IMG/VR virus record: IMGVR_UViG_3300031182_000006
DNA length: 64,000 nt
Origin: an uncultured virus (IMG/VR IMGVR_UViG_3300031182_000006)
Lineage: Duplodnaviria; Heunggongvirae; Uroviricota; Caudoviricetes
Direction: 5' to 3' (one strand)
The notes under the pieces are model-generated. The model saw nothing but the letters and a program-made list of their open reading frames with translations. It was not told where the DNA came from and searched no databases. This document shows, piece by piece, positions 29,368 to 39,425 of this stretch (position 1 is its first letter; every line of letters begins with the position of its first letter). A program made the position numbers and the translations under genes.

Positions 29368-30645
29368 TTATTTTTCTTCGTCGATCTTGTGAATCCTGGC
29401 AATTAAATCATTGATAAGGAAAAGATTAATATACATCAACATCCTATAGGTAGACACTGTGTTAGTCTTATTTACAGTAAGGATGAGATTTTCGTAATCA
29501 AAACTGTAGTCGGTTTCATTATCAAGAACATCATTATCTTTGAAAACAAAAACTTTTATAAGTGAATCCATAGAAATACCTTGTTTAAGATAATATTTAA
29601 TGCAATTCTTAATTCCATCATTGATTAAATGTGAAACATCCAACGTGTCGGGAGTTCTATTTGTCGAAACCTTAAATAGTGGTGCAATATAGAGCTCCCA
29701 CCCCGCAGGAGGTTCGACTAGATTGTAAAGATTATTTATAGTGAAAATGGGAATGATCTTATTGTCGTTCTCAATATCGAATTCAATTTGCTCAATAATA
29801 TCCTTTCTTTCAGTAAAGAAATAATACAAACCGGATGTATTGAATTCAGTGGTAACGGTGAAATTAATTGCATAGGAGTCGGCAACAAATCCCCTCTTAG
29901 ATCCATCATCCATAGAAAGACCGGTGAACATAGCATCGACTGTAGCAGGATAATATCTGAAAAACTCATCATTTCCTGTAGAATTCTTCATCTTATAGGT
30001 AAGAGGATATAAAGAGCATTTATTGAAATAGTCCAAAATGGATTTAATATCATCTCTATCTATTCCGGCAACACATGCCACACCTTTGATCAAATTTCTA
30101 TGGATGTTACTTTCGAGAAATGTATTTATATAGAATGGATGCTCATGCCTTATCACGTTTTTCAAATAAAAATATTGATTAATTTGTTCCATTTGCTGTT
30201 CAACTATAATTGTACAATCAAAATTCATTCTCATACGATTCATTAAGAATTTAATATGAGTATTATTGTCTTTATCTTCAAAGAATGGTTGCAGGTTTCC
30301 ATAATCCAAGTCAATATAATTATCGGTTATTCTAGATGTAAGGAGGGTTCCTGCAAGAAAAGCATCATCATTAGATTCAATTCTAGGTCTTACAATAAGC
30401 ATTGGTTTTCTTCTCTTAATAAATTCTTTATTGGTGTTATCGAAAATATTGAAATATCTAAACGCTGCTGTCGAGGATATGTTCACCGTATTGAAATAGT
30501 TCTTAGGAAATAATTTTTTAATATATTCCGTTATAAAAGCGGTCATATTGCCGAATGTATGAGCAAGTGACATGTGAGCTACCGCTATCTCCATTTCGAT
30601 CACTCCTTTTAAATATTGTTTTTGTGAGTTAAAAGAAAAAAACAA
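29368..30645 (-). CDS. hypothetical, possibly virion protein
   Basis: about 410-425 aa; likely start near 30594 after AAGGAG. Confidence 0.65.
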   Translation of the reverse strand: MFFSFNSQKQYLKGVIEMEIAVAHMSLAHTFGNMTAFITEYIKKLFPKNYFNTVNISSTAAFRYFNIFDNTNKEFIKRRKPMLIVRPRIESNDDAFLAGTLLTSRITDNYIDLDYGNLQPFFEDKDNNTHIKFLMNRMRMNFDCTIIVEQQMEQINQYFYLKNVIRHEHPFYINTFLESNIHRNLIKGVACVAGIDRDDIKSILDYFNKCSLYPLTYKMKNSTGNDEFFRYYPATVDAMFTGLSMDDGSKRGFVADSYAINFTVTTEFNTSGLYYFFTERKDIIEQIEFDIENDNKIIPIFTINNLYNLVEPPAGWELYIAPLFKVSTNRTPDTLDVSHLINDGIKNCIKYYLKQGISMDSLIKVFVFKDNDVLDNETDYSFDYENLILTVNKTNTVSTYRMLMYINLFLINDLIARIHKIDEEK

Positions 30646-30675
30646 ACCTTACCCATCAGGTAAGGTTTGTTTATC

Positions 30676-31236
30676 TTATTTAAAGAATTGAACGATACCT
30701 TTCTCTGTCATAATGCCTCCAATACGCATACCAAAGTGATCCTTTTTCATGATGACCACTTCAAATCCAGCCTCTTCCAGCGTCTGTAAAGCTTTAGGAT
30801 GAGCCAATCCCTGATAAGTGAAAATTGCTTCGCAGCATAAGTCATTCAATTCACCATCAGGATCTTCGATGAGATTGGCTTTGGAGACGATATTATCATC
30901 TGTTTCAATTTCTTTCAGCCGCCTGATAAGATTTTGGACTTTTTCGGCTTTATAATACAATAGTTCTATAGCGAGATTGAATGGGACTCTAGCTATAGCC
31001 CTAACACCGATTGAATACAAATATCTGAAAATTTCTTCTCGTTGGGTCGAAGTTGTATCGAACGTTTTGTTAACATGAATGCCACCATAGAAGATAGAAT
31101 CTAAATTTTCTCTGCGATGGCTTTGCAATTCTTCGAGAACGAATATTCCATTCTCATCATTATATTCAATGAGTATAAAAGCTCCCTTAAAACGATCTTT
31201 ATAATAAATAGGTTTTTCAATTTTAATAATTCCCAT
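30676..31236 (-). CDS. hypothetical early protein
   Basis: 186 aa, AGGAGG RBS, TATATATTAT at 31283-31292. Confidence 0.65.
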   Translation of the reverse strand: MGIIKIEKPIYYKDRFKGAFILIEYNDENGIFVLEELQSHRRENLDSIFYGGIHVNKTFDTTSTQREEIFRYLYSIGVRAIARVPFNLAIELLYYKAEKVQNLIRRLKEIETDDNIVSKANLIEDPDGELNDLCCEAIFTYQGLAHPKALQTLEEAGFEVVIMKKDHFGMRIGGIMTEKGIVQFFK

Positions 31237-31329
31237 GAAGATTTTCCTCCTAAGAATTTATTTATTATTGATATTCACGTTTATAATATATATTTTTATA
31301 AACTAAATTTACAAAAAAACACTAAAAAA

Positions 31330-31355
31330 ATCACTAACGCTTCAACGTTAGTGAT
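31330..31355 (-). terminator. intrinsic terminator
   Basis: atcactaacg/cgttagtgat stem with T7 tail on the minus strand. Confidence 0.8.
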
Positions 31356-31369
31356 CAAAGTTTTAATCG

Positions 31370-31562
31370 ACCAGGCGGCCACCGGAAACCGTCCATCGCG
31401 CCCGTCTATGCGCACGAGGTCGCAGCAAAAATAGCCGTCAGGAAAGCGGGTCGCAGGGCAGCGACCGATCCCCGCTAACCCAGACAGCTCCGGGAAGTGC
31501 CGCAATACCGCATGAGGGCTTCGCTCGGCCATCCGCCGAAACACCCGGTGACCGTCCTGGTT
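31370..31562 (-). ncRNA. structured ncRNA of about 193 nt, 6S-like size and shape, family unassigned
   Basis: very GC-rich island; 5' and 3' ends pair; nested helices; promoter motif at the 5' end and terminator downstream. Confidence 0.7.
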
Positions 31563-31611
31563 ACTAAATAGTTCCATAAATAATAAAAAAATTATATAAT
31601 TTTTTTATTAT

Positions 31612-32139
31612 TTATGAAGTTTTTTGTGCTTGATATTTTCTATAATAGTCATCTTTAGTATACAGGGTATCCATAAACTTTCCATCTCTCCAAAACTCAA
31701 CACCTTCGCATCCGGTTCTACTTTCATAGATATCGAAAGCACTATCGATATCCGGGCCATTATATAAAACAACAGCCTCACCACGCGAAGATCTGAAGAC
31801 AAGGAAGAGATCGTTTGCTTTAACATCCATTTTTGTTTTGAGGAACTCTTTTGCCATCATATCACGTGCATCCAGTATCTGCTTCTTGATCCTGAATGCA
31901 TAAAAATCTTTGTCATCGTAAAGATTAATAAATTTTGTGCGTTCTCTTTCTTCTTTATTTTGCATCAGATCGATATAGACAATCGAATCCGTATCGATCA
32001 CAAACCACTTGTCATTGGGATATTTGAATCTGAGATACAGGGACCAGAACTCATTGTGGCTCTGATCATGAAGATAGCAAACTTTCCTCGTCTTGGAGTA
32101 AAGGGCATAGATTTTATACATGTTTGCCATGTTTATCAT
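31612..32139 (-). CDS. hypothetical protein
   Basis: 175 aa ORF in minus-strand run. Confidence 0.6.
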   Translation of the reverse strand: MINMANMYKIYALYSKTRKVCYLHDQSHNEFWSLYLRFKYPNDKWFVIDTDSIVYIDLMQNKEERERTKFINLYDDKDFYAFRIKKQILDARDMMAKEFLKTKMDVKANDLFLVFRSSRGEAVVLYNGPDIDSAFDIYESRTGCEGVEFWRDGKFMDTLYTKDDYYRKYQAQKTS

Positions 32140-32159
32140 CTTCCCTTCATTAAAAATAG

Positions 32160-32879
32160 TTAATTATTATTAAATTTATCTTTGAATTCTTTTATGCTGT
32201 TAAGATTAAATGAAGAATGTAATTTATCTGCTACCCAAACATCCAACTGGGGTTTTTCTTTCTTATGACGATTAAATGCTTTAAGTGCCTTTTCTGAATC
32301 AACACCGTTGTACACCGTGGTCATTACGAGATTGGGCATAATTGTAACTTGAAAGATTGGGGCCATTTTATTACCAAACAAATTAGTTCCGGGAATTATT
32401 TTGAAGTTATTGATATCCTTAAGACTAAGCGTATAAACCGTCTCACGTTTATCAATAACCTCAATCGTGCCAGGATAATCTTTGGGTACTTTATAACGCT
32501 TTTTCAACCACCTGAGATTTTCTTCAACCAATTCCTCTCTGGTATTAAACACTAACCCATAAAAGTTTATAACGAGCCAGTTTTGTCCCTCTCCCTTTGC
32601 AAACAATTCTGCCGCACTAGGAGGAAGCCCTAAGGCTTCTCCTATTGCCATATTCATATCGAAAGCTCTACCTTTCTTTCGACCTTCTCTCATCTTATTT
32701 TCAAACTCGATCATCATATCACGAGTTTGAAAAAAGATCATGAATCCCCTATCCAACTTGATAAAAGGAAAGCCTTTCTCTCTTAAACTGTTAACAAATT
32801 CTTTCTCATTATTCTTGAATATAATTGCTGGCTTAAAACCGTCAAGAAAGAATTTAAGTGAGGCATATTGTGGCTGCAT
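32160..32879 (-). CDS. hypothetical protein
   Basis: 239 aa, AAGGAG RBS; C-terminal YNGxD segment resembles that of 31612..32139. Confidence 0.65.
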   Translation of the reverse strand: MQPQYASLKFFLDGFKPAIIFKNNEKEFVNSLREKGFPFIKLDRGFMIFFQTRDMMIEFENKMREGRKKGRAFDMNMAIGEALGLPPSAAELFAKGEGQNWLVINFYGLVFNTREELVEENLRWLKKRYKVPKDYPGTIEVIDKRETVYTLSLKDINNFKIIPGTNLFGNKMAPIFQVTIMPNLVMTTVYNGVDSEKALKAFNRHKKEKPQLDVWVADKLHSSFNLNSIKEFKDKFNNN

Positions 32880-32903
32880 ATAAATCGGCTCCTTATTTAT
32901 TAA

Positions 32904-33125
32904 TTAATTAATTACTTTTTCTTCAATAATAACACCATATTTATCCAGAACTTCCTTCACACCATTGACAGAAAACAGTTCTTCGATAAATAATTTGGCC
33001 GTATTATGCATATCTTCCAATGTACCGGTTGCAGGTAATTTCAAATTAATATTGCCAATTCCAATAACGATGTAGCCAGGCTCTGTATTAATTGAAAGGA
33101 TTTTCTCTTCAGTAGCTTCCATCAT
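32904..33125 (-). CDS. hypothetical protein
   Basis: 73 aa, GGTGG RBS. Confidence 0.55.
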   Translation of the reverse strand: MMEATEEKILSINTEPGYIVIGIGNINLKLPATGTLEDMHNTAKLFIEELFSVNGVKEVLDKYGVIIEEKVIN

Positions 33126-33229
33126 GTCTTACCACCCATAGTTTTTATTTTTTACCATATTGTACCTGTAAAAATTAATTGAAAAAATGATGATGAGAAG
33201 TAGAGTTTTCTCTACTTCTCATCATCATT

Positions 33230-34609
33230 TTATTCATCGTCGTCGTCATCATCGTAACCGTACGCGCCGGAGTGGGTCTCTTCAGGAGAAGACATACGAT
33301 ATTTATTGACAAACCTCATTGCAGAGTCGGAACGATTCTTAAACATTTTCAAATGTGCTTCTCTACTAGAGATTAAGATCTCCCTTGCTTTCTCAAGAGC
33401 CTCTTCTATAGTCAACTCTTGATTACCGGCCAAAATATATCGGACTGTCGTCATGAGCTCTTTCAGAGATGCCATAGGGAAACCTTCGCTATATTTCACG
33501 AAAAGTTCAACCACACCATCATCGCTGTCTGGAATGTTATCATTTTTGAAAGTTTTGTATTCAGCGAGGATGTCCCCGATTTTACGGCTTTCAAAGTAAT
33601 ATCTCCGGGTTAATTCCGACGGATTGTCGATCTTATAAGTACGGTCGAAACGACCGGACCTATTCATAAATGCTGGGTCAATTTTATCAGGGTAATTAGT
33701 AGTTCCGATGAAGAATATGCCAGATTTAACTTCAATACCGTCAAGAATATTCAGTAATTCGGATCGATTACGTTCATTGACAAACGAATCAAAGTCTTCG
33801 ATGATAATGATTGCTTTCTTTCCATCTAACGCTTTCACTAAAGAAGACAAAATCTTCGGAAGATTTCTAACTCGAGTAATAACAATTTTAGTGATTTTGG
33901 GCAAGCGTCTAATGATTTCACGAATAGTTGCGCTCTTCCCATTACCAGGGTCGCCATAGAGGATGATTCCTCGCTTATATGGAATCTGCATTTTTTCATA
34001 AATTCTCTTAGTTTCGTCCCTGAAAAAGATCTCAATATCATTCATGACTTCACTAAGAGGGGAGTTTTCCTCAAATACAAGATTTTCATCCGCTACTTTT
34101 TTCTTAATTGCAGCAACTGGTCTAATGGGCTCATCGTCATTATCAGTAATTTCGATATACTCACCAGCACTACACTTGAAATCGATATCCTTAAATAAGT
34201 TCTTGGTTGAATCTTGCCTAAGAAGTTTCTTGATATTTTTAGAAAATTTCCTAAGATAATCTGTATCTACTAAAAACACACAATAGATCGAAAAGTTCTT
34301 AGTTGTATAGAAGAGAATTGAATTTATCTTTTTGGATACTGCAATACGATGAAAGTTATCGAAATTGATCGACATGTCAAAAATGTTAACTTCGCTAGGC
34401 TGTGGAAGCGTATCGGCATATTTATAAACGTTACCTATATCCTTAAATTTGAATTTTTTCATAATTTCTTTCATTATTTCTTCTCGATGAACATAAAATT
34501 CAATTCTTTGATATTCGCCTTTTTCAAGACAAACTTCATATTCAGGATGTACCTCGTTCACCAACTTGAGTAACGACTGTTCCATTGAATAACTGAAATC
34601 AGATGCCAT
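33230..34609 (-). CDS. AAA+ ATPase
   Basis: GDPGNGKS, IIIEDFD, TTNYPDKIDPA, RSGRFD. Confidence 0.9.
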   Translation of the reverse strand: MASDFSYSMEQSLLKLVNEVHPEYEVCLEKGEYQRIEFYVHREEIMKEIMKKFKFKDIGNVYKYADTLPQPSEVNIFDMSINFDNFHRIAVSKKINSILFYTTKNFSIYCVFLVDTDYLRKFSKNIKKLLRQDSTKNLFKDIDFKCSAGEYIEITDNDDEPIRPVAAIKKKVADENLVFEENSPLSEVMNDIEIFFRDETKRIYEKMQIPYKRGIILYGDPGNGKSATIREIIRRLPKITKIVITRVRNLPKILSSLVKALDGKKAIIIIEDFDSFVNERNRSELLNILDGIEVKSGIFFIGTTNYPDKIDPAFMNRSGRFDRTYKIDNPSELTRRYYFESRKIGDILAEYKTFKNDNIPDSDDGVVELFVKYSEGFPMASLKELMTTVRYILAGNQELTIEEALEKAREILISSREAHLKMFKNRSDSAMRFVNKYRMSSPEETHSGAYGYDDDDDDE

Positions 34610-34629
34610 TGTACTATATCCTCCTATGT

Positions 34630-35061
34630 TTATTCTGGTCTTTTTTCGCCCACCAACATTTGTAGAGCAATGGAATATTTATTTAATCTTTTCAGATCTT
34701 TTTCAGTAATTTCTTTCAAACGCTTAGTAATCATATTGTCTTCAATATCAAAAATTTTTATTTTAGTAGCTAATTCGTTGGTTTTCACTCTCATAATAAA
34801 GTCATCGTAAGATTCGTTAGGTCTTCTCGTGAGACAATCAATTGCGTTAATAACTTCCTCAGAAAAACCATATTCTCTGAGATTATCAATGGTTATATTA
34901 GTATCTTCAACGACATCATGTAAAAGAGCAACGATTCTTTCTTCATCAGTATCACATTTTGTCATAACTCTAATTGGATGGAGAATATATTGCTCTCCAC
35001 CTTTATCAACCTGTCCTTTATGAGCATTTGCTGCTATTATAAGAGCTTCCGTCAAGTCCAT
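34630..35061 (-). CDS. HD-domain protein, small alarmone hydrolase (Mesh1/SpoT-HD)-like
   Basis: AHKGQVDK, YILHP, ALLHDVVEDT, KIFDIEDN. Confidence 0.8.
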   Translation of the reverse strand: MDLTEALIIAANAHKGQVDKGGEQYILHPIRVMTKCDTDEERIVALLHDVVEDTNITIDNLREYGFSEEVINAIDCLTRRPNESYDDFIMRVKTNELATKIKIFDIEDNMITKRLKEITEKDLKRLNKYSIALQMLVGEKRPE

Positions 35062-35118
35062 TTTTTTCTCCCTTCAAAATAATAGGATAAAAAAGAGGAT
35101 AAGAGAAAACTCTTATCC

Positions 35119-36534
35119 TCAAATATTATTGAACTCGTAAAGACCAATCAATTGGTCTTTAAGAAGATTGAATTCATTGTTAAACAACCCGTCGTTCCTA
35201 GAAATGAACATATTAAGTCTCGGATTAAATGCCCTGAACGCCTTTTTCAGTTCTTTCGTTTTCAGTGACACAATATTGAGAACGTCACCATCGAAGTCCG
35301 CGTTCAAGACAGTGAGAACTTGAATCGGAATCGACATGGTATAATCCTCTTCGTGTGCACGTTTAATGTCAATAACTTTCATACAGAGTACCGATCCATA
35401 GTTAATGGTTGGATTCCGGTTAATGATCATAGCCGGTTTCCATTTCTTAACGATGTACATCATCACTTCATAGATCTTAGGGTCGAAGTTTATTGTTGCC
35501 TTATACCATTCCTCATATGCTTCGTTATGAGTAATTCTCTCCATTTTGGCCAGAAGAGCAATTATCTCATATTTGTACAATTCGAGGAACGTTAAATACC
35601 CCAGACGAATTTCATCTGCTCTCAAAGTTGGATCGGGGATAACAACGTTTCTTGCAGAAAAGTTGATTCGACCACCAAGAAGCTGATACCTGATATGCCC
35701 ATCTTTTTGGTTAACTTGATTGAATACAAGTTGCCAAAGTTCATTAACTTTCTTTTGAATTACAGACAAGGTTACAGCTTCTCCGAGTTTTTCTTTCTTT
35801 TTCCTCTGACGAGTCGTCAGGAGAGACTCATCATGAAGAAGTCTACTTAATGCAAAGATCGTTTCATATTTTCTATCAAAGCTACTAAAGAAGAAGTTTT
35901 CACCTCTAAACGAGACCGGTCGAAGAACCGACGAGTATACCGGGATACAAGATGCAAAAACTTTGTCCTTATCCCTCATAATCTCATCGAAAAGTTCCGT
36001 TTGTTTATTCTTCTTCTTTTCGTAGAAATAATCCATAATCTCTTCGAATCTTTCACGAAACTCGATCAACCCAATACCTTTAAATGGACTTTTTCCTTTC
36101 TTGCTAATAATTTCACCATCTCTGGTGATTTCTTTGTCGTATTCAATGATTTCACTGAAAGCTTTATCGCCAATGGCGACTTTAAGCATTCTATAGAACA
36201 ACGGTTGAATAATAGCATAATCGCCGAGTTTAATCCAACCGGTAACTTTCATATTCACGTCACGAAAGATTACTTTATGTCCACAAATTTTACATACCTC
36301 GCCTTCGTATACACGACCTTTAAGTTCCTTACATCTACAGCTATATCTTTCCGAGAATGCATCTTCGTCTTCCCAATCGGTCGCAAACCTAGGCGATTGA
36401 ATACCATTGAATGATTTTTCTTCTTTATTTTTTATGAATGCGTAATCCGTAACTTCAAAACCGTTTCCGGTAATAAAACTAATTTCACATTGTTCATCCC
36501 AACTAATTTTCTTCAATTGTACAGTTTTACCCAT
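35119..36534 (-). CDS. multisubunit RNA polymerase beta' N-terminal (catalytic) subunit
   Basis: Zn finger CRC...CKIC, GRINFSAR, NRNPT, catalytic NADFDGD. Confidence 0.92.
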   Translation of the reverse strand: MGKTVQLKKISWDEQCEISFITGNGFEVTDYAFIKNKEEKSFNGIQSPRFATDWEDEDAFSERYSCRCKELKGRVYEGEVCKICGHKVIFRDVNMKVTGWIKLGDYAIIQPLFYRMLKVAIGDKAFSEIIEYDKEITRDGEIISKKGKSPFKGIGLIEFRERFEEIMDYFYEKKKNKQTELFDEIMRDKDKVFASCIPVYSSVLRPVSFRGENFFFSSFDRKYETIFALSRLLHDESLLTTRQRKKKEKLGEAVTLSVIQKKVNELWQLVFNQVNQKDGHIRYQLLGGRINFSARNVVIPDPTLRADEIRLGYLTFLELYKYEIIALLAKMERITHNEAYEEWYKATINFDPKIYEVMMYIVKKWKPAMIINRNPTINYGSVLCMKVIDIKRAHEEDYTMSIPIQVLTVLNADFDGDVLNIVSLKTKELKKAFRAFNPRLNMFISRNDGLFNNEFNLLKDQLIGLYEFNNI

Positions 36535-36669
36535 CTAACCATTCCTCCCTCTGACACATCTCTTAATGTACAGTTAAGCAGGTTTTATTATTTAATTTCT
36601 AGACCTTGAAATAATATATAAACGATTAAAAGATAAAAAAAGTTAGGGGGGTGGTTTGTCCCACCCCAC

Positions 36670-37212
36670 CTAGAAAATAAGACCTTCGTTAACAGGTTTT
36701 TCCGAATCAAAGAGAAAATTAGCTAGATCACTGGGGATTTTTTCTCTACGACCGAAAAACCTTCTATCGCTATCGAGATCTTTGATGAAATATCTGTTAC
36801 ACGTCCAAACATGTCCACAACTATCTATAACGGTAACCCAGAAAAGACTTTTAGAATCGACAATGATAACGTACTTCAATATCTTCTCTCTATGAAACCG
36901 CAGGAATTCATCATGGATCTCATATAATTGACGTGGTTTGAAACCAAATATTTTCCAACGCTTAAGTAGAGATATGTATTTTTCCTTCAGAAACTCCGGA
37001 TCGGGTTGAAGATGTTTGACGGAACATACAAAAACCTCTCCGGTTTCCAATGATTCGACTCTTGCCATTGGTCCATTTATAGATCCGGTAAGGATATTTT
37101 TAACCACCACGGTTTTGGTTCCTTCATGTACGCCTCTGAGATTATTTCCAACATCCCAGTGATACACTTTATACTTTTCGATTTTAAGAAGCTTTTCGAA
37201 ATTCATTACCAT
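36670..37212 (-). CDS. hypothetical early protein, paralog of 37314..37892
   Basis: shared LLK.E...Y.WDV...H.GTK...SxETGEVF.C...LQ.DPE. Confidence 0.7.
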   Translation of the reverse strand: MVMNFEKLLKIEKYKVYHWDVGNNLRGVHEGTKTVVVKNILTGSINGPMARVESLETGEVFVCSVKHLQPDPEFLKEKYISLLKRWKIFGFKPRQLYEIHDEFLRFHREKILKYVIIVDSKSLFWVTVIDSCGHVWTCNRYFIKDLDSDRRFFGRREKIPSDLANFLFDSEKPVNEGLIF

Positions 37213-37313
37213 TCACCCTCCAATGTTGCTATTATTTATTGACTATAATGATAATATATAAACATATGTGACGAAAAAACAAAAAAAATGTGGGGTTGAA
37301 TCCCCCCCACATT

Positions 37314-37892
37314 TTAATCTTTAAGAATGAGATCATATTCGTAATCGTCGGGCTCGGGAATGTGGTCTACTTCTTCCTTCAAAGCGTCCAAATGTTGCTC
37401 AACAGACCATTTATCTTCCAGGCCCTTTATGTTTAAGACATTGATATAATCAACAATTCCGTCGTTATTAATAGCTTTAACAAGATTTCGTTGTTCCGGT
37501 GTTGGATCGGGAACGAGCACATATTTAGACCTTTTCCCTATACTTACCGTCCTTAGTAAATCCGACAGTTCATAAATATATGATGGTTTTACCCTAGTGC
37601 GTTTCCAATAACGCATAGTGGCCCGATATTTCTTTTTCAAAATTTCTGGATCTTGCTGAAGCCATGCCGGATCACATTCAAATACTTCCCCAGTTTCAAT
37701 AGATTTCACTTCTGCCAGGGGATATTCTCTATAGGGTCGTTCAACGAAACCAAGGAGTTTGACCTTTTTAGTCCCTCTATGAAGGGAGTGCAGAATTTTT
37801 CTAACGTCCCAATAATAAATTTTCCCTTCCTCGACTTTGAGAAGATTTTTACAGTTCATTTTTTTGATACCTCCTAATTTATTTACTATCAA
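37314..37892 (-). CDS. hypothetical early protein
   Basis: paralog of 36670..37212; likely start 37859. Confidence 0.7.
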   Translation of the reverse strand: MIVNKLGGIKKMNCKNLLKVEEGKIYYWDVRKILHSLHRGTKKVKLLGFVERPYREYPLAEVKSIETGEVFECDPAWLQQDPEILKKKYRATMRYWKRTRVKPSYIYELSDLLRTVSIGKRSKYVLVPDPTPEQRNLVKAINNDGIVDYINVLNIKGLEDKWSVEQHLDALKEEVDHIPEPDDYEYDLILKD

Positions 37893-37970
37893 ATTAATAA
37901 TATATAATCATATCTTCCGAATTGACTGCGATTATAAAAAAAATAAATGAGTGAGAGATCTCTCACTCAT

Positions 37971-38228
37971 TTACTTAAAGAATACCGTGACTCCTTTATC
38001 ATAATCTTTTATGATTATTTGTACCTCTGTTACGAGATGCTTTAAACTTGCCAACCCACTCCGCACTTCAACAACCGCATCATAATCCCTCATTTCTTCT
38101 TCTGTTATTTCCTTCTTTTCTTCTTCGTTATCAGGATCAATAATTTTAATGTTTAAATTATGAATATTTTCTTCAATATTTACGATTCCATTTCTAACAG
38201 ATATGATTATCCTTTCCATATCTTTCAA
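37971..38228 (-). CDS. hypothetical early protein
   Basis: 85 aa, TATATATTAT at 38259-38268. Confidence 0.6.
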   Translation of the reverse strand: MKDMERIIISVRNGIVNIEENIHNLNIKIIDPDNEEEKKEITEEEMRDYDAVVEVRSGLASLKHLVTEVQIIIKDYDKGVTVFFK

Positions 38229-38322
38229 CCCCTTATTTTTCCATTTACGATTAGTTTAATAATATATACTCATATCTTGAAATATAAAAACCAAATTAAA
38301 AAAATGTAAACGAGCGAGAAAA

Positions 38323-38787
38323 CTAACTTCTCGCTCGTTTATTCAAAATGCGCCTTATTTTCCATGTGTATTTTTCTGTCAATCCCGTTTTTCTATCACA
38401 CTTTACAAGATTTTCTTTAACCAAGCCCAAATCGAAGTCGTCATCGTCGATTACAACATAGCCCGTTATAAGTACCATTTTAGTAATTGTTTCGAGGAAA
38501 GCCTTGATTTCAAGATCCCGTCGACCCAACTCATCAGTTTTTCCAATTATTCTATCAGCAATAACGTTGTTGTAGTGTCTGAATATGTTTCTAAGCTCCT
38601 CCACGGTACGACCTATTCTCCAAGAAGAACTCACTATAATCCACGCATTATTTTCAACAAGAATATTTCTTAGAGTTCTAATTGCTCTTGGAGACATTTC
38701 AAGACCAAAATGTACTTCTGGATCGGATGGGTATGGATGATCTTCACAATTCATTACTCCGTCTATGTCCAAAAATATAAGTTTCAT
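38323..38787 (-). CDS. HAD-family phosphatase (Swiss Army Knife RNA repair-like HAD)
   Basis: FLDIDGV, VSSSWR, VVIDD. Confidence 0.85.
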   Translation of the reverse strand: MKLIFLDIDGVMNCEDHPYPSDPEVHFGLEMSPRAIRTLRNILVENNAWIIVSSSWRIGRTVEELRNIFRHYNNVIADRIIGKTDELGRRDLEIKAFLETITKMVLITGYVVIDDDDFDLGLVKENLVKCDRKTGLTEKYTWKIRRILNKRARS

Positions 38788-38811
38788 TTTTTATCATCTC
38801 CTTATCATTTT

Positions 38812-39351
38812 TTATTTCTTTTTCTGAATTTTTCTCCACATGGTCTTATTTGAATATTTCTTCTTGCCAGTAATTTCCTTTCCAAACCATTCCGGAGCAA
38901 TAAAATTTTTCATTTCAATAAGATTTCTGAATTCGACTTCTACAACTATAGTGTTAAAATCACGATACTCGTCAATTTCCAAAAGATAGTCATCCATTTC
39001 AAGAGTTGTGCGCTTTTTGACTAATGGTTTAAAACCACTAGACTTCAGCAATTTATTATAAATTTCTTTACTGATTTCTATTTCGTTTTCTACACGATAA
39101 CCCGATTCTATATCTTTCTTGACTGTAAGGACAAATTTATCTTTAGGAGCAGATTCGTTTTTCGGAAAAAGATTTGTAATATGACGAATTCTAACTTCTT
39201 CATCTTTAGTAATAGCTATATAGCTTTGCTTAATCCTTTCCACAGAGACTTTTTGAATATTCCCTTTTTCAATTATCTTCTTAGGGAACCTTTCCAAAAG
39301 AAATTTCCTTTCAATCTCGAAACTCATACACCAATCACTTCCTTTACTCAA
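38812..39351 (-). CDS. CYTH / triphosphate tunnel metalloenzyme
   Basis: EIERKFL, EVRIR, LTVK, KKR, VEVEF, PEWFGKEIT. Confidence 0.88.
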   Translation of the reverse strand: MSKGSDWCMSFEIERKFLLERFPKKIIEKGNIQKVSVERIKQSYIAITKDEEVRIRHITNLFPKNESAPKDKFVLTVKKDIESGYRVENEIEISKEIYNKLLKSSGFKPLVKKRTTLEMDDYLLEIDEYRDFNTIVVEVEFRNLIEMKNFIAPEWFGKEITGKKKYSNKTMWRKIQKKK

Positions 39352-39425
39352 ATAAATGATTTATTTTTTACTTAAAAAAATAATATATAATCGTAAACTT
39401 ATAAAAAAATAAAGAAGGCCTGTGA

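Noticed and set aside
31430..31490. SRP RNA suggested by plus-strand CCGTCAGG
   Set aside because: No GGAA tetraloop/AGCAG domain IV arrangement, and promoter and terminator point to the minus strand
31296..31577. 93-aa ORF over the GC-rich island, and plus-strand 31117..31434
   Set aside because: No RBS, atypical composition, start lies upstream of the predicted +1 and frame runs through a terminator; RNA structure explains the region better
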